Source: a virus (lineage: Duplodnaviria > Heunggongvirae > Uroviricota > Caudoviricetes). From it: a stretch of DNA of 27,627 nt. Position numbers and translations under genes: made by a program. The DNA is taken from the IMG/VR virus record IMGVR_UViG_2531839130_000010, one strand, 5' to 3'. Below are positions 6,480 to 15,191 of the stretch, piece after piece; within the stretch, counting starts at the first letter, position 1; every line of letters starts with the position of its first letter. The notes beneath the pieces were generated by a model. The model was not told the DNA's origin and did no database searches. It worked only from the letters and a program-made list of their open reading frames with translations.

Positions 6480-9148
6480 CAATACAGACGGTTACGCAGA
6501 TTTCAGCCGCCGCACGGGGGAAATGGCCCGTTATTCTCCAGATGCTGCGTATTGATGTACCTGAAAACGGCAGGCACGGTCCCTGCCCGAAATGTGGGGG
6601 CAAGGATCGTTTTCGCCTTGATGACCTTGACGGGCGCGGGACGTGGATCTGCAGCCAGTGTGGCAATGGTGACGGTCTGGATCTGGTTAAGCTCGTAACC
6701 GGTTACAGCATCAGAAAGGCTGCGCAGGAGGTGGCGCAGGTGCTTAATGTGCCGGATGTGCAGGAACTGCCTGTTAAGCCTGCCAGACAAAAAGCCCCTA
6801 AACGCGACATGGGTCTTACCGTGGCGGCGCTGATGAAAGAGAGCCACACGGGAGAAAGCGCCTATCTGACAGGAAAAGGGTTCGCCGGATACCCGGCCTC
6901 TCTGACCGGAAGCGTGCAGCATATCAGCGGTAAGGATTTTCCTGCCGGTTCCCTGCTGTTACCACTCACGACCAACACCGGAGCCGTGACTGGTGCACAG
7001 CTTATCGCCCCGACGGGTGAAAAAAGCATACTGCCCGGCAGCACGATGAAAGGCGCGTTTGTGTCGCTCAGCCCGTTACCGTCTGAACCACCGGTACAGG
7101 TGGTGATTACCGAAGGTTACGCTACGGCGCTGACGGTAAGTCAGCTCACTGCCGGATGCGTAGTGGCTGCCATATCTGCGGGCAACCTGCCCAATGTGGC
7201 GCAGTCGCTGCGGGCACGCTGGCCTGAGGTAAAAATTATCATCGCCGGTGATAACGATTTTCAGGACGGAGGTGAGAATCCCGGCAGAGCCTTTGCTGAA
7301 CGGGCGGCAAAAGCTGTTGGCGGCTGGATGACGCTGCCACCAGGAGAGATTAAGGCTGACTGGAATGACTTTCATCGGGAGCACGGTATTACCCGTGCCC
7401 GTGAAGCCTTTCGCAACGGTCTGGTACTGTGCGGGGAAGGCCGCACGCAACTGCCGCACGGGTTCCGTCTTACCCAGGAATATCTCTGGTATGAAAAGCA
7501 GGTACAGCGCAACGGTGAGACGGAGATCCAGAACGTCAAAATATGCAGCCCGCTGCGCGTGACGGCAATCACCTGCGATGCCGATGGCGGTAACTTCGGA
7601 CGACTGCTGGAATGGGAAGATACGTGGGGTGAGTGTCGCCGCTGGGCGATGCCGATGGAAATGCTGAGCGGCAGTGGTGAGGAACTGCGCCGGGTACTGC
7701 TGGTTAACGGGCTGTCTTATATCAGCACCACCGGTGAGGCACGCGCACGCCTGATGGAATATATCTCACTGTGTAAACCGGAACGCCGCGTGACCTGCGT
7801 CAGTCGTACTGGCTGGCATGGTCAGGTTTACGTCCTGCAGGATGAGGTCAGCGGTGAAGGTGCAGAGGGTGTCATTCTCCAGACCACTTCCGTGCAGGGG
7901 CGTGATTTCCGCGTGTCGGGCACAACAGAGGAATGGCGGGAGCATGTATCCCGCTACTGTACCGGCAACTCCCGCGTGGCATTTGCTGTCAGCCTGGCCT
8001 TTGCTGCACCACTGTTACGGCTGGTTGGTATGGACGGCGGCGGCTACCACCTCAAAGGGGAATCGACAGACGGTAAGACCACCACCATGAAAGCGGCAAC
8101 CTCCGTCTGCGGCGGGCCTGACTACTGGCAGACATGGCGGGCCACCGGCAACGCGCTGGAGGGATGCGCCAGCCGCCGCAACGATGCCGCCATGATGCTT
8201 GATGAGATCCGGGAAGTTGACGGACGCGAGGCAGGCAATATCGCCTACATGCTGGCAAACGGTCAGGGCAAGGGCCGTGCCGGTACGGACGGTGAGCTGC
8301 GTACCCGTAAGCAGTGGCGCCTGTTGTTCTTTTCAACTGGCGAGTTGTCTCTGACCGAACATGCGGCAAAGGCCGGTGAGCGTACTTTTGCCGGGATGGA
8401 AGTCAGGATGATCCAGATCCCCAGCGATTCCGGGAAGTTTGGCGTTTTTGAGGAGCTGCACGGCTTCGACAGCGGCAAGGCTCTGGCAGAGCATCTTGAA
8501 TGGGCCACGTCCTGCTACTACGGTTCGCCGTTCCGGGAGTGGCTGAAAGCACTGACCGCTGATCTTAACGGACTAACGGCACAGGCAAAATCGCTGATGA
8601 AGGAATATGCTGCCGCCCTGACTCCGAAAGATGCAGGCAATCAGGTGGGCCGGGCTGTGAACCGCTTTGCTCTGGTGGCGATGGCAGGTGAACTGGCAAC
8701 CCGTCTGGGTATCACCGGCTGGCCTGAGGGTGAAGCACTGCGGGCAACCCGCGTCTGCCTGAACGCATGGCTGAAAGATCGCGGGCACACCGCCAATCAG
8801 GAAGATATCGCCGCACTGGAGCAGGTTCGCAGTTTCTTCACCGCGAATCAGTACAGCCGCTTTGCAGACTGGTATGACGAGCGCAACCGCCCCGGCAATA
8901 TGGTGGGCTGGCGCAGGGTGGAGAAAGGCAGTACCGCGCAGGGCACGGAAGCTGTCACTACGTTCTATGTCATGCCGTCCGGCTGGAAAGAAATCTGCAG
9001 GGGATTTGACCCGCGCAAGGTGGCGCGTCTGTGCGCAGATCGTGGATACCTGCTGCCCTCCACTGATGGCAAACTCCAGACAACCATTCGCCCGCCAGAG
9101 ATGAATCCCCGCAGGCTCTATGTCTTCAACAGCGAGGTGCCGGGTTAA
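6476..9148 (+). CDS. P4 alpha-type primase-helicase (890 aa)
   Basis: N-terminal zinc-binding CPKCGGKD...CSQCG; Toprim-like VVITEGYATA ... IIIAGDNDFQDGGENPG; C-terminal helicase Walker A GESTDGKTT and Walker B-like MMLDEIRE. Confidence 0.9.
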   Translation: MTIQTVTQISAAARGKWPVILQMLRIDVPENGRHGPCPKCGGKDRFRLDDLDGRGTWICSQCGNGDGLDLVKLVTGYSIRKAAQEVAQVLNVPDVQELPVKPARQKAPKRDMGLTVAALMKESHTGESAYLTGKGFAGYPASLTGSVQHISGKDFPAGSLLLPLTTNTGAVTGAQLIAPTGEKSILPGSTMKGAFVSLSPLPSEPPVQVVITEGYATALTVSQLTAGCVVAAISAGNLPNVAQSLRARWPEVKIIIAGDNDFQDGGENPGRAFAERAAKAVGGWMTLPPGEIKADWNDFHREHGITRAREAFRNGLVLCGEGRTQLPHGFRLTQEYLWYEKQVQRNGETEIQNVKICSPLRVTAITCDADGGNFGRLLEWEDTWGECRRWAMPMEMLSGSGEELRRVLLVNGLSYISTTGEARARLMEYISLCKPERRVTCVSRTGWHGQVYVLQDEVSGEGAEGVILQTTSVQGRDFRVSGTTEEWREHVSRYCTGNSRVAFAVSLAFAAPLLRLVGMDGGGYHLKGESTDGKTTTMKAATSVCGGPDYWQTWRATGNALEGCASRRNDAAMMLDEIREVDGREAGNIAYMLANGQGKGRAGTDGELRTRKQWRLLFFSTGELSLTEHAAKAGERTFAGMEVRMIQIPSDSGKFGVFEELHGFDSGKALAEHLEWATSCYYGSPFREWLKALTADLNGLTAQAKSLMKEYAAALTPKDAGNQVGRAVNRFALVAMAGELATRLGITGWPEGEALRATRVCLNAWLKDRGHTANQEDIAALEQVRSFFTANQYSRFADWYDERNRPGNMVGWRRVEKGSTAQGTEAVTTFYVMPSGWKEICRGFDPRKVARLCADRGYLLPSTDGKLQTTIRPPEMNPRRLYVFNSEVPG

Positions 9149-9182
9149 GGCTTTGCGTGAGTCTTATTTATTAAGGGTAACA

Positions 9183-9370
9183 GGTGAAACAGGTGGAACA
9201 ACCGTATTTTACAGGGCTGAACCTGTTCCACCTTCTGAAATAGTGAGGTGGAACAGATGTAACGCCAGCCAATCCGCTGTTCCACCTTGTTACCCGCGAT
9301 GTTCCACCGGTGCAGTGTATATAAATGTCTTATAAAACAAAGCTGTAACACATGTTTCACCTGTTCCACC
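9183..9370. repeat. Iteron cluster: 8 copies of TGTT(C/T)CACC in both orientations (candidate crr/ori-type replication element)
   Basis: Copies at 9183-9191(-), 9192-9200(-), 9224-9232(+), 9247-9255(-), 9278-9286(+), 9300-9308(+), 9353-9361(+), 9362-9370(+), immediately downstream of the primase gene. Confidence 0.6.
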
Positions 9371-9458
9371 GCATCAGGGACATAAAGCAGACTGAAACAG
9401 AGGGCATTTTTATCTGGCTGGCTTTCATAGCCACGTCTGAATAACCGCAAGCGCCCGT

Positions 9459-9514
9459 TGTGCCAGCCACCACACACTGAACACCGATAGTGTGCTTGTG
9501 TCAGCCACGACACA
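9459..9514 (+). promoter_or_regulatory. Two TGT-N12-ACA dyads (Ogr/Delta-type activator boxes) upstream of the sid-like gene; candidate late promoter
   Basis: TGTgccagccaccacACA at 9459-9476 and TGTgtcagccacgacACA at 9497-9514, sharing a cagccac core; the sid-like ATG is at 9549. Confidence 0.4.
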
Positions 9515-9548
9515 ATTGACGTAACGAACCAACCCGACAGGAGAAGTC

Positions 9549-10292
9549 ATGAACAATACCGCAGTAAATAACAACCTTTCCACTTTTCCGGCTGTAACGC
9601 AGCGGGCACTGGAAACCATGAACACAGCCAGAAACGCATGGCTTGAAGCACGTCGTCAGCAGAAAGCGGCAGCGGATAATATTGCGACAATCCGCCAGCG
9701 TCGCGCTGAAATGGAAGCCACGACGAACACACTGAATGAGGAGTGGCGCACGCTGTTTCGTGAAAGTCAGGGCGTGGTCTCAAAGGAAATGAAAAAACTG
9801 CGCACGGAAATTGCGCTGGGACGAGAAACGCTTGAGGATTTTGATGAGCTGCTGGCGGCTCAGGAAAGCGAAAATGCACTTTTGCCGCAGAAAGCTGCAG
9901 AATTAGCCGGAAAGTATATCCACGCGCATAACATTCTTGTGGATATTCGCGCAAAACAAATCTGGGAGGATTTTATGCAGTCGCATGGAAAAGCGCTTAT
10001 TCAGACGCTGAGCCTGCTTAAATCCACAATGGGCCGGGAAGCCAGTGCCGTTGTGGGTGTGGTGAATTCAGTTAATGACCCGGACACAGTGCTGAAAGAC
10101 TTTATTCATAAACATATCACCAGACCGGCTCTGGCTAACGATGCGATGCCTGAGCAGGACCCGGTGTTTAAACTGGCGGGAGTTGCCCCGGATTATGCGG
10201 CGCGTCTGGATTTCAGTAATCAACTCTCTCCGGCAGCTATGCATAAAATTAAGGTTCGTCAGGAACTTGCTGAGAAGGAGAAAGCAGTATGA
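9549..10292 (+). CDS. Sid-like (capsid size determination) protein candidate, 247 aa
   Basis: Position after primase/iterons and before psu-like and delta genes; size close to P4 Sid; helical, charged sequence; AGGAGA RBS. No motif-level proof. Confidence 0.4.
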   Translation: MNNTAVNNNLSTFPAVTQRALETMNTARNAWLEARRQQKAAADNIATIRQRRAEMEATTNTLNEEWRTLFRESQGVVSKEMKKLRTEIALGRETLEDFDELLAAQESENALLPQKAAELAGKYIHAHNILVDIRAKQIWEDFMQSHGKALIQTLSLLKSTMGREASAVVGVVNSVNDPDTVLKDFIHKHITRPALANDAMPEQDPVFKLAGVAPDYAARLDFSNQLSPAAMHKIKVRQELAEKEKAV

Positions 10293-10840
10293 CGGCCCGA
10301 GGCACGCCTGACCAGGCACTTACCAGTTTTCGGAATGCCCGCATTCTGTGGGCCGGACATAATGAGAGCCGAAAAGCCGTTGAACAACAGATAACATCTC
10401 TCCTCGCTGCCACAGAAAAACCAGCAGATTATGCCCGACAGCTCGAATTACTGCGGGAACGTCTGGATGTGCTGAAATGGCAAATTAACTGTGCTGCGCG
10501 CGAATGCATTTACTCGCAGCATTTACTGATGGAGGCCTGCACAGAAGCCGCTCTCAGCAATTTTATGCAGGCGAATGGGGCAGCCCTGACATCTGCACTG
10601 GCTCCGTTCCTGAAGGGGCGCGGAGGGGTTGACGTTGCGTCCCGTATATTACGCAGTGCTCTGGTTCGCCAGCTGGCAATAACACCGCCTGAAATTGCTG
10701 GGGATTATCGTGAGATCCTGGATGAATCCGGTTTGATGCCTGACCCCGGGATGATTCGTGATTGCCAGGGTTCTTACACCCCGGCACAACATCTGCGTTT
10801 TCAGCAACGCCTGAATGACATTAACGATATACAGGAGTGA
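10289..10840 (+). CDS. Psu-like (polarity suppression) protein candidate, 183 aa
   Basis: Size and position next to the Ogr/Delta gene as in P4-like elements; AGGAGA RBS; start overlaps upstream stop. Assignment by synteny only. Confidence 0.4.
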   Translation: MTARGTPDQALTSFRNARILWAGHNESRKAVEQQITSLLAATEKPADYARQLELLRERLDVLKWQINCAARECIYSQHLLMEACTEAALSNFMQANGAALTSALAPFLKGRGGVDVASRILRSALVRQLAITPPEIAGDYREILDESGLMPDPGMIRDCQGSYTPAQHLRFQQRLNDINDIQE

Positions 10841-10845
10841 TATTA

Positions 10846-11118
10846 ATGGCACTTAAATGTCCGGAATGCGGTACAGTTGCACACGCCAGAACAGCAGCCT
10901 ATGAAGCTCCGTCAGTTAAACGCTCGTGGTATCAGTGCCAGAATCTGGAATGTTCCTGCACATTTACGGCACTGGAGAGTGTGGATAAGATAATCATGAA
11001 ACCCCGGCGCAATGAACAGGAACCAGACAAATCACAACCCCCGGTAAAACAACAGCAAACGCTCAATCGCTATGGCTCCGCGTCAAAACTGTCAAGCCGT
11101 CAGCAGATTCCTGTCTGA
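10846..11118 (+). CDS. Ogr/Delta-family zinc-finger late-gene transcriptional activator (90 aa from ATG 10846)
   Basis: MALKCPECGTVAHARTAAYEAPSVKRSWYQCQNLECSCTF has the C-x2-C ... C-x4-C spacing and HART motif of P2 Ogr / P4 Delta; AGGAG RBS 8 nt upstream. Track start 10837 is a GTG. Confidence 0.8.
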   Translation: MALKCPECGTVAHARTAAYEAPSVKRSWYQCQNLECSCTFTALESVDKIIMKPRRNEQEPDKSQPPVKQQQTLNRYGSASKLSSRQQIPV

Positions 11119-11141
11119 TTAGAAAAAAACGCCCACGTAAT

Positions 11142-11165
11142 CCCGGTCGAGTACCGGGATTTTTA
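11142..11165 (+). terminator. Rho-independent terminator after the delta gene
   Basis: Hairpin cccggt-cgagt-accggg followed by aTTTTT. Confidence 0.6.
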
Positions 11166-11512
11166 ACACCTTTTCCCTGGCTGGCCTGAGAGCGTATGAG
11201 TGCATGTCTATGGCGCATGAAAATGCATGAGTCTTATGCACCCTTTTTGAGGCGAAAACCTTTGTGTGGTGGTATCTGAGACGATTTATGGCATGCATGA
11301 AAACCAGTCTGTTAAGCGAAGCGGGCAGGCGTGCGGGGCTGCCCGCGTAAGGGCGTTGAATGGTATAACTATGGCACGGTTACCGCATGTTTTGAGCTGT
11401 AATCGAAGTTATGAAAATTACTATATAAAGCGGTCGCTGTTGTGGAGATACGATTGCGGGAAGTGATGGAAAGAGCTATAAAAAGTACAGAGGATAGTTT
11501 AATGAGGGTATT

Positions 11513-12790
11513 ATGAACCGTCAGCCGTTTACTTCAGCAGCACTTAAACGAAACTTAAGTGAAAGTGAGAAGGCTTATTATTTTAAAAAAAATAATGTTG
11601 CTGAGTTAGAATCATTAATTAGTGATGCCGTTTTAATTGCTAATGAGAATTTTCGCTCTGGTGTGAGTGTAAAGAAACTAAATATTAAGGGACGCTGCGT
11701 TTACACTGCTTCATGTTTGAAGGAAAAAATAATACTTAGACATTGCAATGCAAATTTAAAATGCCTTGAATCGCTTCGTCCCAAACAACGAAATACAATA
11801 ATTAGTGAGCTTAAAATTTATTTGGAAGAAGGTACTCCATTCAAAATATATCGTTTGGATATAAAGTCTTTCTTTGAATCAATTGATTTACCGCAGCTTT
11901 TTCAGCTCTTACATAACGAAACACGACTGTCTAGACATACAAAAAATTTGCTAGAATGGTATCTTAAATCGTGTGAAAGGCTTCACTCTTCGAAAGGATT
12001 ACCTAGAGGGTTAGAAATTAGTCCTATGTTATCAGAATTGTACTTGGCACAATTTGATAATAGTATTCATAGGCATCCAGAAGTATTTTATTATTCAAGA
12101 TTTGTAGATGATATGGTAATCGTTTCAAGTGGTTGTGAATGTGAAGCGTCCTTTATGGAATTTATACAAGATGTATTACCAAAGGGATTGGCTTTAAATA
12201 AAAATAAATTAAAAATATCTCCATGCATACCAAAGAGAAGTAAGGGTTTAAATAAACAGGATAAATTGCTTCATGAATTTGACTTTCTAGGGTACTCGTT
12301 TTCTATAATAGACACACCTTTGAGCAAAGATGGTGAGATTAATAGCTGTTACAGAAAGGTTGTTGTTAATTTATCTAAATCTCGCCTGAAGAAAATTAAA
12401 ACAAGAATAGCTAGGTCTTTCTACTCTTATCATATTAATGGTGATTTTAAACTATTGCTAGACAGGATTTCTTTTTTGACTAGTAACAGGGATTTAAATC
12501 GCAAAATAAAATCGTTAAGTTCTTTAGAAAAAAGCAAGATAAGTACAGGTATTTATTACAGTAATGCGAAGTTAGATGTTGACTCCATATCCCTAAAAAA
12601 ATTAGATGACTTTTTGCTATATTGTGTGCAATCTAATACTGGGCGTTTGAATAGTGTTGCAAAAAAACCTTTTAATTTGAAGCAAAAAAAAGAACTGCTA
12701 AGAAATAGTTTTAGAAAAGGCTTTGTGGATAGAGTATATAGAAAGTATAACTTTAAGCGCTATACTGAGATTACAAAAATATGGTTATAA
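11513..12790 (+). CDS. Reverse transcriptase, 425 aa (UG3-like; first gene of a DRT type 3-like pair)
   Basis: RT motifs read directly: YRLDIKSFFESI (motif 1/2), GLPRGLEISPMLSELYL (motif 4), RFVDDMVIV (catalytic motif 5), FLGYSF (motif 7). Strongly AT-rich versus the P4 backbone; stop overlaps next gene start. Confidence 0.8.
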   Translation: MNRQPFTSAALKRNLSESEKAYYFKKNNVAELESLISDAVLIANENFRSGVSVKKLNIKGRCVYTASCLKEKIILRHCNANLKCLESLRPKQRNTIISELKIYLEEGTPFKIYRLDIKSFFESIDLPQLFQLLHNETRLSRHTKNLLEWYLKSCERLHSSKGLPRGLEISPMLSELYLAQFDNSIHRHPEVFYYSRFVDDMVIVSSGCECEASFMEFIQDVLPKGLALNKNKLKISPCIPKRSKGLNKQDKLLHEFDFLGYSFSIIDTPLSKDGEINSCYRKVVVNLSKSRLKKIKTRIARSFYSYHINGDFKLLLDRISFLTSNRDLNRKIKSLSSLEKSKISTGIYYSNAKLDVDSISLKKLDDFLLYCVQSNTGRLNSVAKKPFNLKQKKELLRNSFRKGFVDRVYRKYNFKRYTEITKIWL

Positions 12791-14799
12791 AGAAAAACAT
12801 TAAACTTGATAAGAAAGATTATCTCAGGGCTTTACTATGTGATACACTGCCCGGTGATTGTCCAATTATTTTTTCAAATGATGGCTTATATATAAACTTA
12901 ACAGAATATGATAGAGTTTGTAATGATTTGTTACATTTTACTCCGGTTTCTTCTTTCTTAAAAAAAATAGTTAACCCTAATTTAGACTCTTCTATTAGTG
13001 TCGCAGATCGCCACCGAGAAAAGAAGAAACAAAGCTCCCCATTTGGCTATTGTATAGTAAAAGATGCCTTTAGCCAAAGACATCTTTCTTTAATTCACCC
13101 AAGATCTCAAATTAATTATTCGGAATTTTATAAAACATACTCATCCGTTATCACATTAAATACTTTAAAAAGTAATTTTTCTATTCGCTACCCACGTAAG
13201 GTCGCTAACTCTTTCTTTTTATATGAAAATAATGCTTTGGAAAAATATAAAGGGGAAGATATCGAAACAACAAAGGATGAGTTAATGAGGAAATATTCAT
13301 CCTCTTATTTTAGTTATGGCGGTTTCAACAGGATATATAAACTATTTCAAAGTAAGATGTTTATTGAGCTTGAGAAAAGATTCTCGGTGATGTGGATGTT
13401 AGATGTATCACATTGTTTTGATAGCATATATACGCATTCGGTTTCTTGGGCATTAAAAAATAAATCATATATAAAAAAACATGTTAAACACAGCAATCAA
13501 TTTGGACAAGAATTAGATACACTGATGCAACGTAGCAATAATAATGAAACAAATGGAATACCTATTGGTTCAGAGTTTAGCAGGGTTTTTGCAGAATTAA
13601 TATTTCAGCGAATTGATTGCAATATTGAGTCATGCCTTCTTAGTGAACATGGATGGGTTAATAATAAAGATTATGTTATATTGAGATATGTAGATGATTT
13701 TATTGTTTTTTGTAATGGTGAGTCAAGTGCCGAAGTTATTACAAAAATAATTAATGTGAAGTTAAATGAATATAATCTACAATTAAATGTAAACAAGCTT
13801 AAGAAGTATTCTAGGCCATTTTGCACTAGCAAGACAAGTTTGATTGTCAAAGTTAATGAATTAATTCGCAATTTAGAAATTAAACTGTATGAAAAACGTG
13901 ATAGTGGCTTTACTTTAAATAAAATAAGAAGTAAGCATGATTTAAAGATATATGTAATTAATCATGTCAAGTCTATATGCATTGAAAATCAAGTGTCTTA
14001 TTCTGATGTTTCATCATATATAATATCATCTCTTTCCAAAAGATTAATATCAATAATTGATATATTACGAGTTCAAGAAAATGAAGATGATGTAGATGTA
14101 AAAAAAAGGATTAAGGACTTAATTTTCACAATAACCGATATTATGTTGTTCTTTTTCAGTGTTAACCCAACTGTTTCATCATCTTATAAATTATCAAAGA
14201 CAATGGTTGTTGTTAATAACTATTTGAATGAAATATCTAGTGACTATAGTAGTATTTTTATGACTACGTTAGTGAATGCTGCGGAAAACATTAATTTTGG
14301 TGAGAATGATAATGGGCTGTTTATTGATGATTTCATTTCAATTGAAAAGGTTAATTTAATCTTGGCTGCTACTTTTTTTGGAGATAATTATCTTATAAGT
14401 GACAGTTTTTTTCATGGAGTTATACATAAAAAGAAATTGGACTACTTTACTATAATCTCACTGCTATTCTATTTTAGAAACAGAAGATCATTCCGAAAAT
14501 TGAAGTGTATAATAGAGGGTGAAATAAAGGAAATATTAAGTTCTAATATGGATTTGCTGCAATCATCGGAAAAGGCACATTTATTTTTGGATGTCATGTC
14601 ATGTCCATTTGTCTCAATAGAGACAAGGCGTTTTTTATATAGAAAATATCTCAAGAGCTATGAGCCAAAGCTGAACAGAAGTCATCTGGAGATTGAGAAT
14701 GATTTGCAATCTCTGCTTCAAACATATTGGTTTGTCAAGTGGGATGAGTTAGATATTGTGAAAATGATTGAGAAAAAAGAATTGAAAGAAAGCTATTAA
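12781..14799 (+). CDS. Reverse transcriptase, 672 aa (UG8-like; second gene of a DRT type 3-like pair)
   Basis: RT motifs: MLDVSHCFDSI (motif 2), GIPIGSEFSRVFAELIF (motif 4), RYVDDFIVF (catalytic motif 5), LQLNVNKLKKY (motif 6); long N- and C-terminal extensions; 10-bp overlap with the upstream RT gene. Confidence 0.8.
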   Translation: MVIKKNIKLDKKDYLRALLCDTLPGDCPIIFSNDGLYINLTEYDRVCNDLLHFTPVSSFLKKIVNPNLDSSISVADRHREKKKQSSPFGYCIVKDAFSQRHLSLIHPRSQINYSEFYKTYSSVITLNTLKSNFSIRYPRKVANSFFLYENNALEKYKGEDIETTKDELMRKYSSSYFSYGGFNRIYKLFQSKMFIELEKRFSVMWMLDVSHCFDSIYTHSVSWALKNKSYIKKHVKHSNQFGQELDTLMQRSNNNETNGIPIGSEFSRVFAELIFQRIDCNIESCLLSEHGWVNNKDYVILRYVDDFIVFCNGESSAEVITKIINVKLNEYNLQLNVNKLKKYSRPFCTSKTSLIVKVNELIRNLEIKLYEKRDSGFTLNKIRSKHDLKIYVINHVKSICIENQVSYSDVSSYIISSLSKRLISIIDILRVQENEDDVDVKKRIKDLIFTITDIMLFFFSVNPTVSSSYKLSKTMVVVNNYLNEISSDYSSIFMTTLVNAAENINFGENDNGLFIDDFISIEKVNLILAATFFGDNYLISDSFFHGVIHKKKLDYFTIISLLFYFRNRRSFRKLKCIIEGEIKEILSSNMDLLQSSEKAHLFLDVMSCPFVSIETRRFLYRKYLKSYEPKLNRSHLEIENDLQSLLQTYWFVKWDELDIVKMIEKKELKESY

Positions 14800-14972
14800 T
14801 TTGATAAATATGAGTCGTGGTCAGTTTCAAAATACTTACGTCATCGTCGTCGGTGTATTTTATATCGATTATGAAGACGATTTCGCTGGAACTGAAATCG
14901 GCTTGAATGCTTAAACTTAAGCTAAAAAAACAGTTTGAGACCAAAGCCTAAATTATTAGGCTTTGGATTTTC
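14800..14972 (+). ncRNA. Candidate structured non-coding RNA downstream of the RT pair, ending in a terminator hairpin
   Basis: No credible ORF; local self-complementarity (atcgtcgtc ... gaagacgat); ends with hairpin ccaaagcct-aaattatt-aggctttgg plus ATTTT at 14941-14971. Purely a candidate. Confidence 0.2.
14941..14971 (+). terminator. Rho-independent terminator downstream of the RT operon
   Basis: Perfect 9-bp stem ccaaagcct/aggctttgg, 8-nt loop, followed by aTTTT. Confidence 0.55.
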
Positions 14973-15191
14973 AGGTTCAGTTGAGAGTAATTGCTGTCTG
15001 TTTATTGCTTAACCAATACAGTTAGTGGTGCTTACACACCTGATGTTGAGAAACTGACCACACCAATACAACCTTTTGTTTGTCTTCAACTGTGTAGACT
15101 ACTAAACACGAATCAGCAGTTAGGGGCATGTATGGGGGCATTGGTTTTAATTTTTTATAAAATATCAATTTTTTCATATTGTTAAGTTATT

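Noticed and set aside
6206-8788. Multiple ORFs (60-140 aa) antisense or out of frame within the primase gene and its neighbours
   Set aside because: All lie inside the well-supported 890-aa primase-helicase or adjacent operon genes; Arg/Pro/Ser-rich translations typical of spurious ORFs in GC-rich DNA.
9183-9370. Possible CRISPR array
   Set aside because: Repeat unit is only 9 bp, copies occur in both orientations with irregular or zero spacing, and no cas genes are present; better explained as replication iterons.
11266-11466. ORF of 66 aa in the delta-to-RT spacer
   Set aside because: No RBS, Cys/Arg-rich improbable sequence in GC-rich DNA containing dyad repeats; more likely non-coding (cos or regulatory region).
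11513-14799. Group II intron or retron as an explanation for the RT genes
   Set aside because: No intron-encoded maturase/endonuclease domains or flanking ribozyme-like structure recognisable, no msr/msd-type inverted repeats, and two different RTs in tandem is not a retron or intron architecture.
14735-15185. ORFs 14735-14944 (minus) and 14991-15185 (plus) in the RT-to-attR tail
   Set aside because: Low-complexity translations, no RBS; region is better explained as non-coding with a terminator and possible ncRNA.
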